Positions 32,801-42,824 of a stretch of DNA of 64,000 bases are shown here, in pieces. The notes under the pieces were generated by a model. It made no database searches. It saw nothing but the letters and a program-made list of their open reading frames with translations, and had not been told where the DNA came from. The position numbers and the translations under genes were made by a program. Position 1 is the first letter of the stretch. Every line of letters begins with the position of its first letter. This stretch comes from Andalucia godoyi And28 (Eukaryota; Protista; Jakobida): positions 181,358 through 245,357 of the forward strand of contig VRVR01000034.1 in NCBI GenBank assembly GCA_009859145.1, written 5' to 3'.

Positions 32801-34021
32801 CCCATCATGTTAACTGGTTTCGGATCCAAGACTGCGCTTCCCGGGACCTCCGGAAATCGCGAGCCTATAGCACCTGGTCCGTTTTCGTCGATTTCTCCGC
32901 ATTCGTTGCCACCAAACGCCTCGGAATCAAACCTCTCCAGTTCCCCTCTTCCTATTCCAGTTCCAGCGCTAGATCCAGCCAAGATCAGCTTGATTTCTGC
33001 GTGGTTGCAGGAATCGAATATGCTTGATGGGTTGTCTCCTCGATTGTCCGACGGATGCAACAATGGACCGTCGATGCAGACCGGCAGCTTAAATAGCAAA
33101 TCACAGTCTCTTCACCGAAAATCGTTGCCTGCCGTGGGATCGGCAACGGCATCCACCCCGTCGACTGTTGCTGGTGCTGTTACTCCTTCTTCTACCGGGA
33201 CTCCCTCCAATTTGACTGCTCAACTTGCATTTCGTTCTTTCCAGTCTGCGATTCCCGGCTCGTTTGCGTCATCTGGTCCGAAGTCCTCTCGACCCCATCT
33301 TCGCCCTCGAGTGCATCCGACCGCAATTCCGCTTGATGCTCGCGATCCGCGGCTCGCACAGGCCGAGTCGTCCTTTGTCCGGACGTTCTTTTCACGAGAA
33401 ACAACGGAACATGGAGATCCAAAAGCACTCAAACGATCCGCGTCAAAGCCAGTCCAGAAGAAGTCCAGCGGCCTAGTTACTGGCAGTTCCATTCTTCCGC
33501 CTGCCAACTCGGTTCCGAACCCGTCTGCGTTTCCGAGTACGCCAGCTGCAACCACGCCACCGGTCGCGCCGTCCGCGTATGCAGCTTATCCAAGACCGCA
33601 TACCTCGAATTCAACCCAGATGGCTACGCGTCCTTTTCGACTATCCGCAGACGAAACCCTGTCGACTGCTACGGGTACCGCAGCCGCAAAGGAGCCATCC
33701 TTCCTAGTTTCAAAGCCCCCTGTCTCGACATTGCTGTCTTACACCGCAAAGCCGTCTCCAAGTTGTCTTGGGCCGTCGTTTGGAGTCACGTCCACCGCCG
33801 GCGTCGTGGCAGTGTCGCCCGTCTCCATAGCAGCGTTAATGTCCGTCGCAGCATCTGGACCAACGTCCGCATCCGGACCCGGGACCGGGTCAGGTGGACC
33901 GGTTCTCCTGGCCGCGCCTTCTCAGCTTTCCGAATCTTCAATCAGCAGAGTCCAAGCTATCCGAATGGTCCGCGCAACGAAACAGTCTCGCTCCCCTCCG
34001 CAGCCTCGTCCCAAATCATAA
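29819..34021 (+). CDS. Cytosolic carboxypeptidase (CCP/Nna1/AGBL tubulin deglutamylase family) with a long disordered C-tail
   Basis: FESRFESGNL, TQWFYF, ARVHPGE, PMLNPDGV..GN.R, DLNR and DLHGHS zinc carboxypeptidase motifs. Confidence 0.92.
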   Translation: MSAFDFVTGAPIPRPPRTGVHLVFINPPPSHNNVPPREHEPLYAANMRPPMSTVLSHSATSVVPLSSLGMAGNSSMQDLNAAKAGLYHSRSTSSLSSFVAGSQNATATSSSSHGANSAAAAAVNQSSKAREISFTGDMVFEVPSGPQVVQPGYSYYASRLTPFYSPMDLQDRTLIFESRFESGNLMRAVKVSPLEYNLEMRPDYGTVNCTQWFYFCVRNTTAGMRVRMNIINFQKRASLFTQGQRVLVYSDAEAAKKGYGWHRAGENISYFQTPGTKRSDQKQTLSFTYVFQHSQDVVYFAFSYPYTYTDLQTFLDKLEQFRFVRRKILCKTIAGNNVDVLTISSFEDRNMNEKKGVVITARVHPGETISSFMAHGMIQYLISSDPVAKSLRSLYVFKIVPMLNPDGVVCGNTRCNILGYDLNRQYSQPRKRLATTCPTVAALKDLIAQFQTEREVVMYCDLHGHSRKLNTFIYGCDNDPNSSIHFHERVFPRILADVSDLFSFESSSFVVQKSKESCARVVIRRKRHIVASYTLEGSLCGSSQGACANCHYSVSEMVRSGRDFCRALYIFASPEKRAEYLQRVKEDIAANPSLNLTDAIGSDDDEEPPPPPSAEKESGTKPTLLDANKKSKAKEKPKKKRTSSFNLAPQSPVSSSSFSAFPPLASIAPVPPAVAEEAPLVSSPLPTLLSPTGADSRMDAKSEASEDQEGGATESESESAELPVESESNSGAADRMYLDDGGADADSESDEQGMQRQQSDGTLHAEDFDEEVENDLLSAEDVREGDVVADANDEWYAEDQAVLAIGPIAGDEEALPSRASLDEAFLEEMSAASMSVDVEGPDSMIAASPLSSAAAIPTRSTQWHTSRLHETGPLPMQDVRKRTSLALPRSMGFSVPKPPPLALPGQHHNASLPNSPGGAQANSGALTAEPSPFSFASQSPTASPVVPTAIPATIPASTSHNHLVSLSSLVTSPSGVVVGSSIKSPSKSSVSPISPIMLTGFGSKTALPGTSGNREPIAPGPFSSISPHSLPPNASESNLSSSPLPIPVPALDPAKISLISAWLQESNMLDGLSPRLSDGCNNGPSMQTGSLNSKSQSLHRKSLPAVGSATASTPSTVAGAVTPSSTGTPSNLTAQLAFRSFQSAIPGSFASSGPKSSRPHLRPRVHPTAIPLDARDPRLAQAESSFVRTFFSRETTEHGDPKALKRSASKPVQKKSSGLVTGSSILPPANSVPNPSAFPSTPAATTPPVAPSAYAAYPRPHTSNSTQMATRPFRLSADETLSTATGTAAAKEPSFLVSKPPVSTLLSYTAKPSPSCLGPSFGVTSTAGVVAVSPVSIAALMSVAASGPTSASGPGTGSGGPVLLAAPSQLSESSISRVQAIRMVRATKQSRSPPQPRPKS

Positions 34022-34325
34022 ACTCACCACCATACCCGCCATCCTTTCAACATTCTTCCATCTTTCTGCTGTAGTCATGACGCGCCATGATTCCCCGCCT
34101 TCCCACCCAAACTCGCCTTGGTTTTGGAAGGAAACCACTCTGCTTTCTTGCCTTTGATTTTGCTCTTTAAAAACCCATCCTTTTGCTTTTTGTGTTTTCG
34201 TATTTTATTTATTTTACTTTTCTTTCGGTTTTTCTAATATTAAAAAACTAAATTTTATTTTACTGTTGTGCAGTAATCGTCGTAGTACTCTTTTATTGTT
34301 ATTGTTATTATTGTTATTAATAATA

Positions 34326-35129
34326 ATGTTTGAAGCCAAGTTGCCGCAAGCATCGCTTTTGCGCAAGATTCTGGATGCGATCAAGGATCTGGTGCAAGAT
34401 GCAAACTTTGACTGCACGTCGACGGGGATCACATTACAAGCGATGGATTCTTCTCATGTTTCACTTGTTTATCTGCAGCTTCGAAACGATGGATTTGAGC
34501 AGTTTCGAGCGGACCGGACTCTGTCGCTTGGGATGAATCTTGCGTCTTTGGGCAAGATACTGAAGTGTGCGTCGAACGACGATTCTGTTACGATCTCGAC
34601 GGAGGACGATGGGGACTCTGTAAGCTTCAAGTTTGAGTCGGAGGACAAGGACCGTGTTTCGATGTTTACGCTGAAGCTGATCGACATTGACTCAGAGCAT
34701 TTGGGAATCCCGGACCAGGAGTACCATGCGACGGTGAAGCTTCCTTCGAGCGAGTTTCAGCGCATTTGCCGAGACTTGTCTACGATGGGAGACACGCTGT
34801 CGATCGCAGTCACCAAGGAGGGCGTCAAGTTTGAGGTGCAGGGTGACGAGAACACCGGAGGCTCGATCATGGTCAGACAGTCTGCGTCGGTCGACAAGCC
34901 GGACGAGGCAGTTTCCATCACTCTGGAACACAACGTCACCCTTTCCTTTGCGTTGCGGTACTTGAACTCGTTTGCAAAGGCGACGGGTCTCTCCCCACAG
35001 GTCTCCCTGTCGCTCACAAAGGATGTCCCGCTCGTCGTCGAATACAAGATTGCGGAAATCGGATACTTGCGTTTCTTCCTCGCTCCCAAGATCGACGAGG
35101 ATGCCGTCGAAGAGGAAAACGACGCGTAA
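34326..35129 (+). CDS. PCNA: Proliferating cell nuclear antigen
   Basis: MFEAKL...[12 protein letters not shown]...RFFLAPKI. 267 aa from the ATG at 34326. Confidence 0.98.
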   Translation: MFEAKLPQASLLRKILDAIKDLVQDANFDCTSTGITLQAMDSSHVSLVYLQLRNDGFEQFRADRTLSLGMNLASLGKILKCASNDDSVTISTEDDGDSVSFKFESEDKDRVSMFTLKLIDIDSEHLGIPDQEYHATVKLPSSEFQRICRDLSTMGDTLSIAVTKEGVKFEVQGDENTGGSIMVRQSASVDKPDEAVSITLEHNVTLSFALRYLNSFAKATGLSPQVSLSLTKDVPLVVEYKIAEIGYLRFFLAPKIDEDAVEEENDA

Positions 35130-35354
35130 ATGGGCTCTCTTCTGTTCCCCGCGTCACAGGAATGAATACACACATACATGTCCTCAAACACGTTCTTTCG
35201 TCGTCTGTCCTTATTGTCACTTCTATATGTGATCATCTTTATTAAGGAACACACGCAACCCAAACAACCAACTTGCCGAAAGAAAAGAAAAAAACAACAA
35301 CTACAATACAGCATACTGAAACGAATGCACGAATGCGCCAATGAACGAGACACT

Positions 35355-36989
35355 CTACAGACCCTGCCGAGCCCAGATTGCGTCCTGGATGGCCATAATT
35401 CGGTGGAAGATTTCGACGGAAACCACGCTGTTGCCAAATGACAGAGCTGCGAGATGCGAGAGAACCAGGACGCGGTGCAGATCATCTTCGGTGACTTTGG
35501 ACCGTCCGTTTGCATCCATCTTTTGCGTTCGATGACGCAAGAACCATGCCTCAACTTCCTTTGGCACGGCATCGTCGATTGAGGTCTCCTGCGCGCGCTG
35601 TTGGGAGATCCACGAAGCACAGGCCAGCGCCTGGTCAATAGGCCATTCTTGGCCAAACCCGGGACTTGCTGCCATGGTCTGCAGCGGCAGCGAAACATCC
35701 ACTGCTTCGCGCTGCAGCAGTGTCGACGGCTCCTTTGTCAGGATGCAAACGGGGGCGTCAACGGGATTTTCGAGCTCAAACATTGAAAAATCCAGAATAA
35801 CCTTTTGCCACTGTGCAACGTGTCGCAAACCTTTTAGATTTCGCAAGCCCTTTTCATCCAACCGACCAGGCTCCAGCCGAGTCTCGTCGATCAAGACTCG
35901 AGTCGATGACGGCACCATGAGGGCACTGTCGAGAAGAATGTTGCGATCATGGTCCTTCAGCGGAACTAGCGAACTTCTGTTTAGAGAATCGACATCGCAG
36001 CTTACGTTAAGCACAAACGGACACACCTGTTCCGTGAAAACCTTGAGTGCGTGCGCAATTTCAAGGGACACGCGGGACAAGTGAAGCGTCATCTTCCCCA
36101 CCGGGGCTTCTCCTGAGCGAGCGCGAACTCGTGTGAAAAGGTAGAGCAAATACACTTCCGCCGCAAGATCGTCGCCCTCGAAAATTCGAACCAGCTTGTC
36201 AAGGAGCATCTTGCGAATCACCGGTGCGTCGTGCGACAGTCCCATTTCTGCTGGGCTTGGCAGATGTAGCGTTGGGGTCACGGTTGACATGTGAACCGCG
36301 TGCAGCACAAACGACTGGAGACTCGGAGAGTCCACATCCACGCTGAGAATGCCAACGACCGACACATAGTCGCCGAGCTTGGGATTGTCACTTGCATGGT
36401 ACAATTTCACAACAAGCCGATCCACGGCTGTGGAAGCTGTCGACAGCGCCGGTTTTGCGCGTTTCCCTCCCTTTTCAACCACAGCTTCCGTGTCCTCGCT
36501 GCAACCGCTCCACCCCCTCCTGTTCATGCAATCCATCAATTTCGCAGAATTATACTCGAACTTCGACGAGTTCGTCTTCAACAATGGGTACAGATACGCG
36601 GACCGTGAGCCCGGGACAATCACAGAGACAACGCGTCGTTCCGCACAACACGAAGGATCGAACTGCAGCGATTCCACAATCTCCTCCGCAAAGCTCTCGC
36701 GATACTTGCTCACCAGCAATCGCCCGGAGGTCTTGGACATCGCCGCTCCAAGATAGTACTCTGGATCCTGCATGTCCTGCACAAGACCGCAAAAGTGGAC
36801 TAGCTTTCCGCACATCTCTTGCGTGGCAGGTTCAATGTGGATCGACGGAAACACATGCTCAGTAACAAGCCGCGAAAACACAGACGGGATTTCAAAGTCA
36901 GACGCAACAGTCTGACCGGACGCTAGGTGCGGAACAATCACAGAATCAATGTATCCAAGCGGATCCTGGATGATCGGGGCGCCTGACAT
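35355..36989 (-). CDS. MCMBP: Mini-chromosome maintenance complex-binding protein
   Basis: FCGLVQDMQDPEYY, DDLAAEVYLL, LVPLKDHDRNILL...LIDETRLEPGRLDEKGLRNL segments typical of MCM-BP. Confidence 0.85.
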   Translation of the reverse strand: MSGAPIIQDPLGYIDSVIVPHLASGQTVASDFEIPSVFSRLVTEHVFPSIHIEPATQEMCGKLVHFCGLVQDMQDPEYYLGAAMSKTSGRLLVSKYRESFAEEIVESLQFDPSCCAERRVVSVIVPGSRSAYLYPLLKTNSSKFEYNSAKLMDCMNRRGWSGCSEDTEAVVEKGGKRAKPALSTASTAVDRLVVKLYHASDNPKLGDYVSVVGILSVDVDSPSLQSFVLHAVHMSTVTPTLHLPSPAEMGLSHDAPVIRKMLLDKLVRIFEGDDLAAEVYLLYLFTRVRARSGEAPVGKMTLHLSRVSLEIAHALKVFTEQVCPFVLNVSCDVDSLNRSSLVPLKDHDRNILLDSALMVPSSTRVLIDETRLEPGRLDEKGLRNLKGLRHVAQWQKVILDFSMFELENPVDAPVCILTKEPSTLLQREAVDVSLPLQTMAASPGFGQEWPIDQALACASWISQQRAQETSIDDAVPKEVEAWFLRHRTQKMDANGRSKVTEDDLHRVLVLSHLAALSFGNSVVSVEIFHRIMAIQDAIWARQGL

Positions 36990-37309
36990 CTTCTCCTTTC
37001 AATAAAAACGTCGTCGGTGTTTGTTGGACGTTGCTGATCTGCACAAACCCTCTCGAACTGCCAGACAGAGCAGAGAGAAGGATAATAGAGACACACAGAC
37101 TGGGCTAACTGATCTCCCTAGCGACTGCAAACGACGATGATTATGATGATCAGATGATGATGATGCGTTGATGATATGAAAGAGTCTATGAGCGATATCT
37201 CTCTGTTGGAGGAAAAATAAACGAGAATAGATTTTTTACGACAGTCCTAGTCTGAGCAGTGGGCGCATGACGCATCGAAAGGAGACGACTACTACGACGA
37301 CTACGACGA

Positions 37310-40300
37310 CTACGACGACGACGACGACGACGACGACGATTGTTTGGCATTGTCGTAGAGCCGCTTCACGTCCTTCATTCTGGAGACTATAAGGCGATAT
37401 GCATCATTTCGATTGACAAATCCGTGCAACTTGTACGGACGACCGTCCTGTTTGGTTATGATGTCCAGACCAGAAGGAGCAAAGAGCTTGCGAACCGGAT
37501 CCACGCGTGCAATGTCCGCAATGGACATGGCGATCATGACATCTGGACGCCCTGGACGAACAGATGAGTCGAAGCACACATAGGATGTAGTGATGTACAT
37601 GAACCCTCCGTGGATCCCTCGCATGCAATAAAACTCGCCGAGAACCATTTCGCTCGAAGGAATGGAAAACGACTTGATAACGTTCGCTCGGATGTTCTCC
37701 TCGCGCTTTCGCAAAGCCTCCTCGGAAGGACGCGATGTCTCCATGTCGATGCCAAGCAACCGAGCCTGCGTGACCACGGCGGCAAACGCATCATTCCGCC
37801 TCTTGAACCCGCGAAGAGCAAACTTGGAGCCGTCATAGCGGGTAAACTCGATGGACAATCGCATGAACTTGCTCTTTGTCAGCTGTTTGATGTTTTCAAA
37901 TTTTTCGGTAAACGCATGGCTCTTCAGAAACAGCGGATCAAAGATGATGCAGTTTGTGCACACGTACAGCATGCCTTTGAGGTACATGCTTGAAAAGCAG
38001 TGGTATTCCACCTTGACTTCTTCTTCCATTGGAATGCAAAGCCGTCGGAAGAGTTCCAAGTGCCGCGAGTCACGCTTGTCATTGTCGAGCAGATCTCCTT
38101 GGAAAACTGCACCGGCCTCGGCCGCAATCAACTTCAACGTTCGATAGCACTCTCCACGCTGATTGAACGACGAGAACTTTAGATCCTTCTTGTCACGATC
38201 CGTGATCACAAGCCCTTTTCCAGCGATCCCAGCCTCGTCTTTGCGCTTGACGACGGACCGAATATGAGAATGAGGAAGCACAACTTTTGACGCACTGTTT
38301 GAAAACAAGATCGAATCAAAGCACAAATGCTTTGAAAACAGGAAGAGGAACCCTTGATCTCCATCGCGGACACACGAAAACTGCGCAAAGAACTTTTCAT
38401 CGGCAGAAATGTCAAACACTTCCCTTGCGCGCGTCAGAGAACTTGCGCCACCGACGGCGTCACGAAGGACGGATTCATCACGTACTTCGTGGGCTTCGGC
38501 AAGAATCTCATCTATTCCCTTCGTTGCCATTGTCTCGTCAAAGAACAAACAATCTCCTTCTGGAGTCTTGTTCCATGGAATCTTTGCGACGGCTGCACTC
38601 ACCATGAACCGCTTGAATGCGTTTTCCTGGTTCATGAATCCCGTTGCAAGAATTTGACGACCGTCAAGCAGCGTAAACTCGATTGCACGCAATAAACACT
38701 TCTTGATCGACTTGACCTGCGAAAAATGGATGGTGTATTGCTTGCCAACCAGCGGAATGTGCGAAGCGAAAACAAAACAGGTGGAAAAAATGTAAAGAAC
38801 GGACGGAATGGCCAGCCGAATGGTGCAAGCAAAAGAATCCACCAGTCTTTCAGCGTCTGGATTCAACTGGTACTTCACGGCCATCTTGTAGCTGCGATCT
38901 GGTGAAATGTGCTTGCATGCCTTCTGTTCTTGATCAAGATCATTTCCAATCTTCTTTGAAATCGCAATAATGTCGTTGAATGCGCTTTGGCGTGCGCTGG
39001 ACGACGAGAAGCCGATAAACTGATACCGAGTCACAGAATCCTGCATAACAATCTCCAACCCTCGTTCTCCAAGATCAATGTCCTGAATTTCCGAGATTGG
39101 AATCAAGAACCTATCTTCACTGCGACGATACGACTTCCAGCAGATATGGCGGTTCGTGACGTAGATCTTCCCACGGTCTCGGTCGGCATTCTGGCACAAG
39201 TACGATGACGTGACTTGTTCGGCCTTTCCAAGCTTGAATATGCTCTGCACCTTGAGATCACTCTCCTGTGTCGCACCCTGAACAAAGGCACTTGCCTCGT
39301 GGTCAAACGACTTTCGAACGTCAAAAATGTTGATAATAACAGCTGCCAAATGCTGTGAATCTTCATCTACCTTGTCATGCAGCCGATAAAAGATGTCCAG
39401 CAAGGACTTTGTCGGGGTCCCAGCATACAAAAGACACTGATGAACCGAACGAGTGCACTCATCCACAAGACTCTGCTTGATGCGAACGCCATCCACGTAG
39501 AAGAAGTCAACAACGAGGGGAATCGTTTCCGTAAAGATTCTCGCGTGTTTGGGACTCGGATTTTTCAGACGTTGGTCTGGATCGTCAGCTGCAAAAAGGT
39601 CCTCAATCATGTTCATGACCATGCCCAGCATGAGGCGAATAAACTTGCAAAACACATCTTCGTACAAAACATCAGAATACAAGTTGAACACGCGCTCAAG
39701 TGTCTGGAACAGATACTCACAGCGATCCTCCGCGGGCGTTGACGAGTCAGGCTTGTCGGCAATCTTGAGCAAACTTTCACGGATGGGCTCCTTCAGACGA
39801 TCGGACAGAAACATGACTGCTTTGTCTACAAGCTGCTTGCCTTGTCGAATGAATCGCGAAAAAATGACCAATGGGTGTTGCTGCGAAAGAGAAACCGTCG
39901 CATTCGGTGAGTCTTCAATTTCAATCTCAACATTGAGCTCGTCGTCGGACAAGAATCGGTCTCGCATATCCTCCATTAAACGGACACAGTGGAACATCGA
40001 GTTCACCTGCACCAGAATTCGTATCTCAGATTCAGTCTCCTGTCCTTCCCCAATTTCCTGCTCCTGCAAGGCATCGGAGGAATCGGCTTGCTTCTTTTCC
40101 TTCGGAGAAACCGCAGAGAAATTCTTGTCTCGATTCTTCTCTTCAGACACGACACTCTTTGGGGTTTCTTCCCCACTCTCATTTCGTGAAAGCTTATCCC
40201 GAAGTGCGAAAAACAGCGTTGGAAGATGGAAAAACCCTTCATCCTTGTCCTCGGCAGTGTTGTTGATCATTCGTGTGTACACGAGAGAGATGTACGAAAC

Positions 40301-42223
40301 GCACGCCTCGCAGATCATGTCGTACGTTCGATTCTTGAACTCATTCAGCGACGCCGATCGGATGACTGTGATTACCGTTTCGCAGAGTTTGGCAGTGTCC
40401 ACAACAGACGATGAATGCTTTGCCTCTTCACCCATCATAACCCACTTGTCGACCATAAATGCATTCATGATCCACTGTTTGAAATTCGACCGGGTTTCCG
40501 TGATCCACATTTCAAAGTGGGGCCTCAAAAGCTCTGTCAGCGAAAAGTCGAATGTAAACTCAGCAGGCATGTTGGCTTTCCAGAACGTGTGAAACCTTGC
40601 GTATTCCTGCGACATCTGAAACATTGCAGGATCAAACTTGCCTTTTAGCAGGTCTCGGCGCTGTAGGAACGAGCTGAGATCCGACGTGACAAGGGGATAG
40701 ATCGTTTCTGCCACAATATGCAGGTAGTTCAGATCCGCTGGAAACACTTCGATTGCGTAGATGCTCAGATCTGCTTCCAAAGAAGTGAACAGCACCCGTA
40801 GAAGTTTCGTAAATGCGATTGCGCCTTCATTGGCCACATTGGCTTCTTCCTTGATTCCCGAGTAGTGATTGCGTATTGCAGTTCGGACGTGCTCGACGAT
40901 GCAATCGAGGAAATGCGGCGAAGTCGTGTCCATGAACATCAGCGATGCATAGACCGCCAGATAATGGACAAACGCACGAACCGGATACGATTTAAAATTT
41001 GAAATTGCTGTTTCCATGCGCTGCAACAGCACATCTACACACGATTCAAACGTTTCCGAATCCTGAATCAGCACGATCTCCTTTCTGGAAGCACCGACAC
41101 ATGTATCGCGAGCTTTCAGAAGCAATCTGTGCAGCTCTGCAGGGAACTTGGTGCACAACGAAGCCTTTGCAGAGAACCCTGCAAACCAGCATAGGTCAAA
41201 ATGCGAGAGTGGAACCATGTAGCGCAAGCACATATCCTCCAGCAACCATTGCATGTCATCCGAAACCAGCAACCCTTCAGGCAGCTCGTCGTCGTCGTCG
41301 TCGGCATTATCATCAGCAGCATTGTCGTCGTCGCTGCTGTTTTCCAGGTTTCCGGAGCCAGCGTCGAGCATCCGACCGACAAGTGAGCGAATCCATACGT
41401 ATGCATCTCGGGGACTTTGGATGAGATACGGAGACACATCCAAGTTCTTTTTTTTTGTCTTGGAGTCGACGGAGGCCAGCAAGGCATAATCACGGTATTT
41501 GAACTGGACTTCAATGATGAATTTTCCATCGTCAAAGCACCCTTTTGAAGAGCCCCACATGGACGAAGATGAAACATAGTTGCGAACTGGGATTTCAATG
41601 GAGTGGATCGACGTGATTTTCTGCCCAAAGACGGACTTCCGCTTATCGACAATCGAAAGAACAAATACCGCGTCCATCGACTGAACACGAAACGTGTAAT
41701 CCGGAAGATCCGAATAGGAATGCGGCTCTTTGATCTTTGTCTCTTCTTCGTCGATTCCATCATTGTTCTTCATTGCGATCATCAACCGCAGATGCGAGCG
41801 CGAAAGCTTCAAGATTGACTCGTCGATCATTGTGAATCGCACTGTGAAGCTCCCCGTGCAAAGCGGGGCCGCGAGCGCAGAATAGTCCTGCATCCGATAC
41901 TCGAGTTCTTGGTTCCGATCCGAGAGCCATCGATCGTAGTCTCCAACCGTCTGCGAGACCAAGTCCGCGGTTGGGTAGACTGCTTGCTCGAGATAGTGCG
42001 CAGTCGGGGCATACAGCCGGTGTGCGTTGGACACGATTTCCGGAACCAGCCTTTCAACCAAGTCGTGCTTCAGACCAAGTGATTTGCATATCTGCTGCAA
42101 AAACCGTGCAACGTCATGGTCCGTGTCATTCGGATCCTTCACCGAGTCAAACTGGCACGGATACAGCGCCGAGCATATCAATGCCCGAACCGCACTATTC
42201 AGCGGCTCTGCAATCTCCTCCAT
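37310..42223 (-). CDS. MUN (Munc13-homology) domain protein with a possible N-terminal C2 and five tandem GRAM domains (5' end uncertain)
   Basis: W..NAF..DKW....KHSSSVVD MUN signature. Five repeats of F/Y-x-C...G.(L/M/I)(Y/F)(I/V/L)....CF-type GRAM motifs in the C-terminal ~600 aa. Confidence 0.8.
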   Translation of the reverse strand: MEEIAEPLNSAVRALICSALYPCQFDSVKDPNDTDHDVARFLQQICKSLGLKHDLVERLVPEIVSNAHRLYAPTAHYLEQAVYPTADLVSQTVGDYDRWLSDRNQELEYRMQDYSALAAPLCTGSFTVRFTMIDESILKLSRSHLRLMIAMKNNDGIDEEETKIKEPHSYSDLPDYTFRVQSMDAVFVLSIVDKRKSVFGQKITSIHSIEIPVRNYVSSSSMWGSSKGCFDDGKFIIEVQFKYRDYALLASVDSKTKKKNLDVSPYLIQSPRDAYVWIRSLVGRMLDAGSGNLENSSDDDNAADDNADDDDDELPEGLLVSDDMQWLLEDMCLRYMVPLSHFDLCWFAGFSAKASLCTKFPAELHRLLLKARDTCVGASRKEIVLIQDSETFESCVDVLLQRMETAISNFKSYPVRAFVHYLAVYASLMFMDTTSPHFLDCIVEHVRTAIRNHYSGIKEEANVANEGAIAFTKLLRVLFTSLEADLSIYAIEVFPADLNYLHIVAETIYPLVTSDLSSFLQRRDLLKGKFDPAMFQMSQEYARFHTFWKANMPAEFTFDFSLTELLRPHFEMWITETRSNFKQWIMNAFMVDKWVMMGEEAKHSSSVVDTAKLCETVITVIRSASLNEFKNRTYDMICEACVSYISLVYTRMINNTAEDKDEGFFHLPTLFFALRDKLSRNESGEETPKSVVSEEKNRDKNFSAVSPKEKKQADSSDALQEQEIGEGQETESEIRILVQVNSMFHCVRLMEDMRDRFLSDDELNVEIEIEDSPNATVSLSQQHPLVIFSRFIRQGKQLVDKAVMFLSDRLKEPIRESLLKIADKPDSSTPAEDRCEYLFQTLERVFNLYSDVLYEDVFCKFIRLMLGMVMNMIEDLFAADDPDQRLKNPSPKHARIFTETIPLVVDFFYVDGVRIKQSLVDECTRSVHQCLLYAGTPTKSLLDIFYRLHDKVDEDSQHLAAVIINIFDVRKSFDHEASAFVQGATQESDLKVQSIFKLGKAEQVTSSYLCQNADRDRGKIYVTNRHICWKSYRRSEDRFLIPISEIQDIDLGERGLEIVMQDSVTRYQFIGFSSSSARQSAFNDIIAISKKIGNDLDQEQKACKHISPDRSYKMAVKYQLNPDAERLVDSFACTIRLAIPSVLYIFSTCFVFASHIPLVGKQYTIHFSQVKSIKKCLLRAIEFTLLDGRQILATGFMNQENAFKRFMVSAAVAKIPWNKTPEGDCLFFDETMATKGIDEILAEAHEVRDESVLRDAVGGASSLTRAREVFDISADEKFFAQFSCVRDGDQGFLFLFSKHLCFDSILFSNSASKVVLPHSHIRSVVKRKDEAGIAGKGLVITDRDKKDLKFSSFNQRGECYRTLKLIAAEAGAVFQGDLLDNDKRDSRHLELFRRLCIPMEEEVKVEYHCFSSMYLKGMLYVCTNCIIFDPLFLKSHAFTEKFENIKQLTKSKFMRLSIEFTRYDGSKFALRGFKRRNDAFAAVVTQARLLGIDMETSRPSEEALRKREENIRANVIKSFSIPSSEMVLGEFYCMRGIHGGFMYITTSYVCFDSSVRPGRPDVMIAMSIADIARVDPVRKLFAPSGLDIITKQDGRPYKLHGFVNRNDAYRLIVSRMKDVKRLYDNAKQSSSSSSSSS

Positions 42224-42473
42224 TACTGCTACCACCAGTACGACGACGAGTTCTCCTACTCCTATGCCTCCTACTACTACTAGGACTGCCGCTCCAAGAA
42301 ATGTTTGTCAGCTCGATAAATTACGACTAATAAACAAGTAGAAAGCCACAAGCAAAAAGCAAATCCAAACGCGGCGGAATTCCTTCAAGCCTGACTGTGC
42401 GCAACGTAATTCAGTTTGCCGCAGATCTCAACTACAGCAGAAGAGTGCGAGTATTTTAGGTGTATCTCTCCAG

Positions 42474-42557
42474 CCCAAACGTCTGGTGGATGGCTGTGAA
42501 TATCATCGGATAGCATGGCTGAAGATGTTCAGGTCGACGCCCAATGAGACACTGTCG
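42474..42557. repeat. Dispersed multi-block repeat, copy A
   Basis: Blocks cccaaaYgtctgg, ggatagcatggct and agRtgtKcaggtcgacgcccaatgagacRctgtcg are shared with 54120-54229. Confidence 0.85.
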
Positions 42558-42824
42558 GGTGTTGACAACCAATTCCTTGTGATTGATGATGGGCGCTGAT
42601 GCGGATTGTAAAAGTCACTTTATGCCCCAAAAAAAAAGAAACCTGTCTGAGGCGCAGCATGCGAAACAAAGGTTTGGGAGAGGTTTTGGGTTGGAGGGTA
42701 ATACCTATCATTATTTTTATCATTTTTTTAAATCGTTTTTTCCAATCGAGGATCTCCAGGGGTTTTTTTGTACAGCACACACACACACACACACACAGAA
42801 GGACGGGAGGGCGCGTGGAGACGA

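Noticed and set aside
42474-42610. HDV-like ribozyme, snoRNA or spliced-leader identity for the dispersed repeat
   Set aside because: The required pairings or boxes could not be built in both copies.
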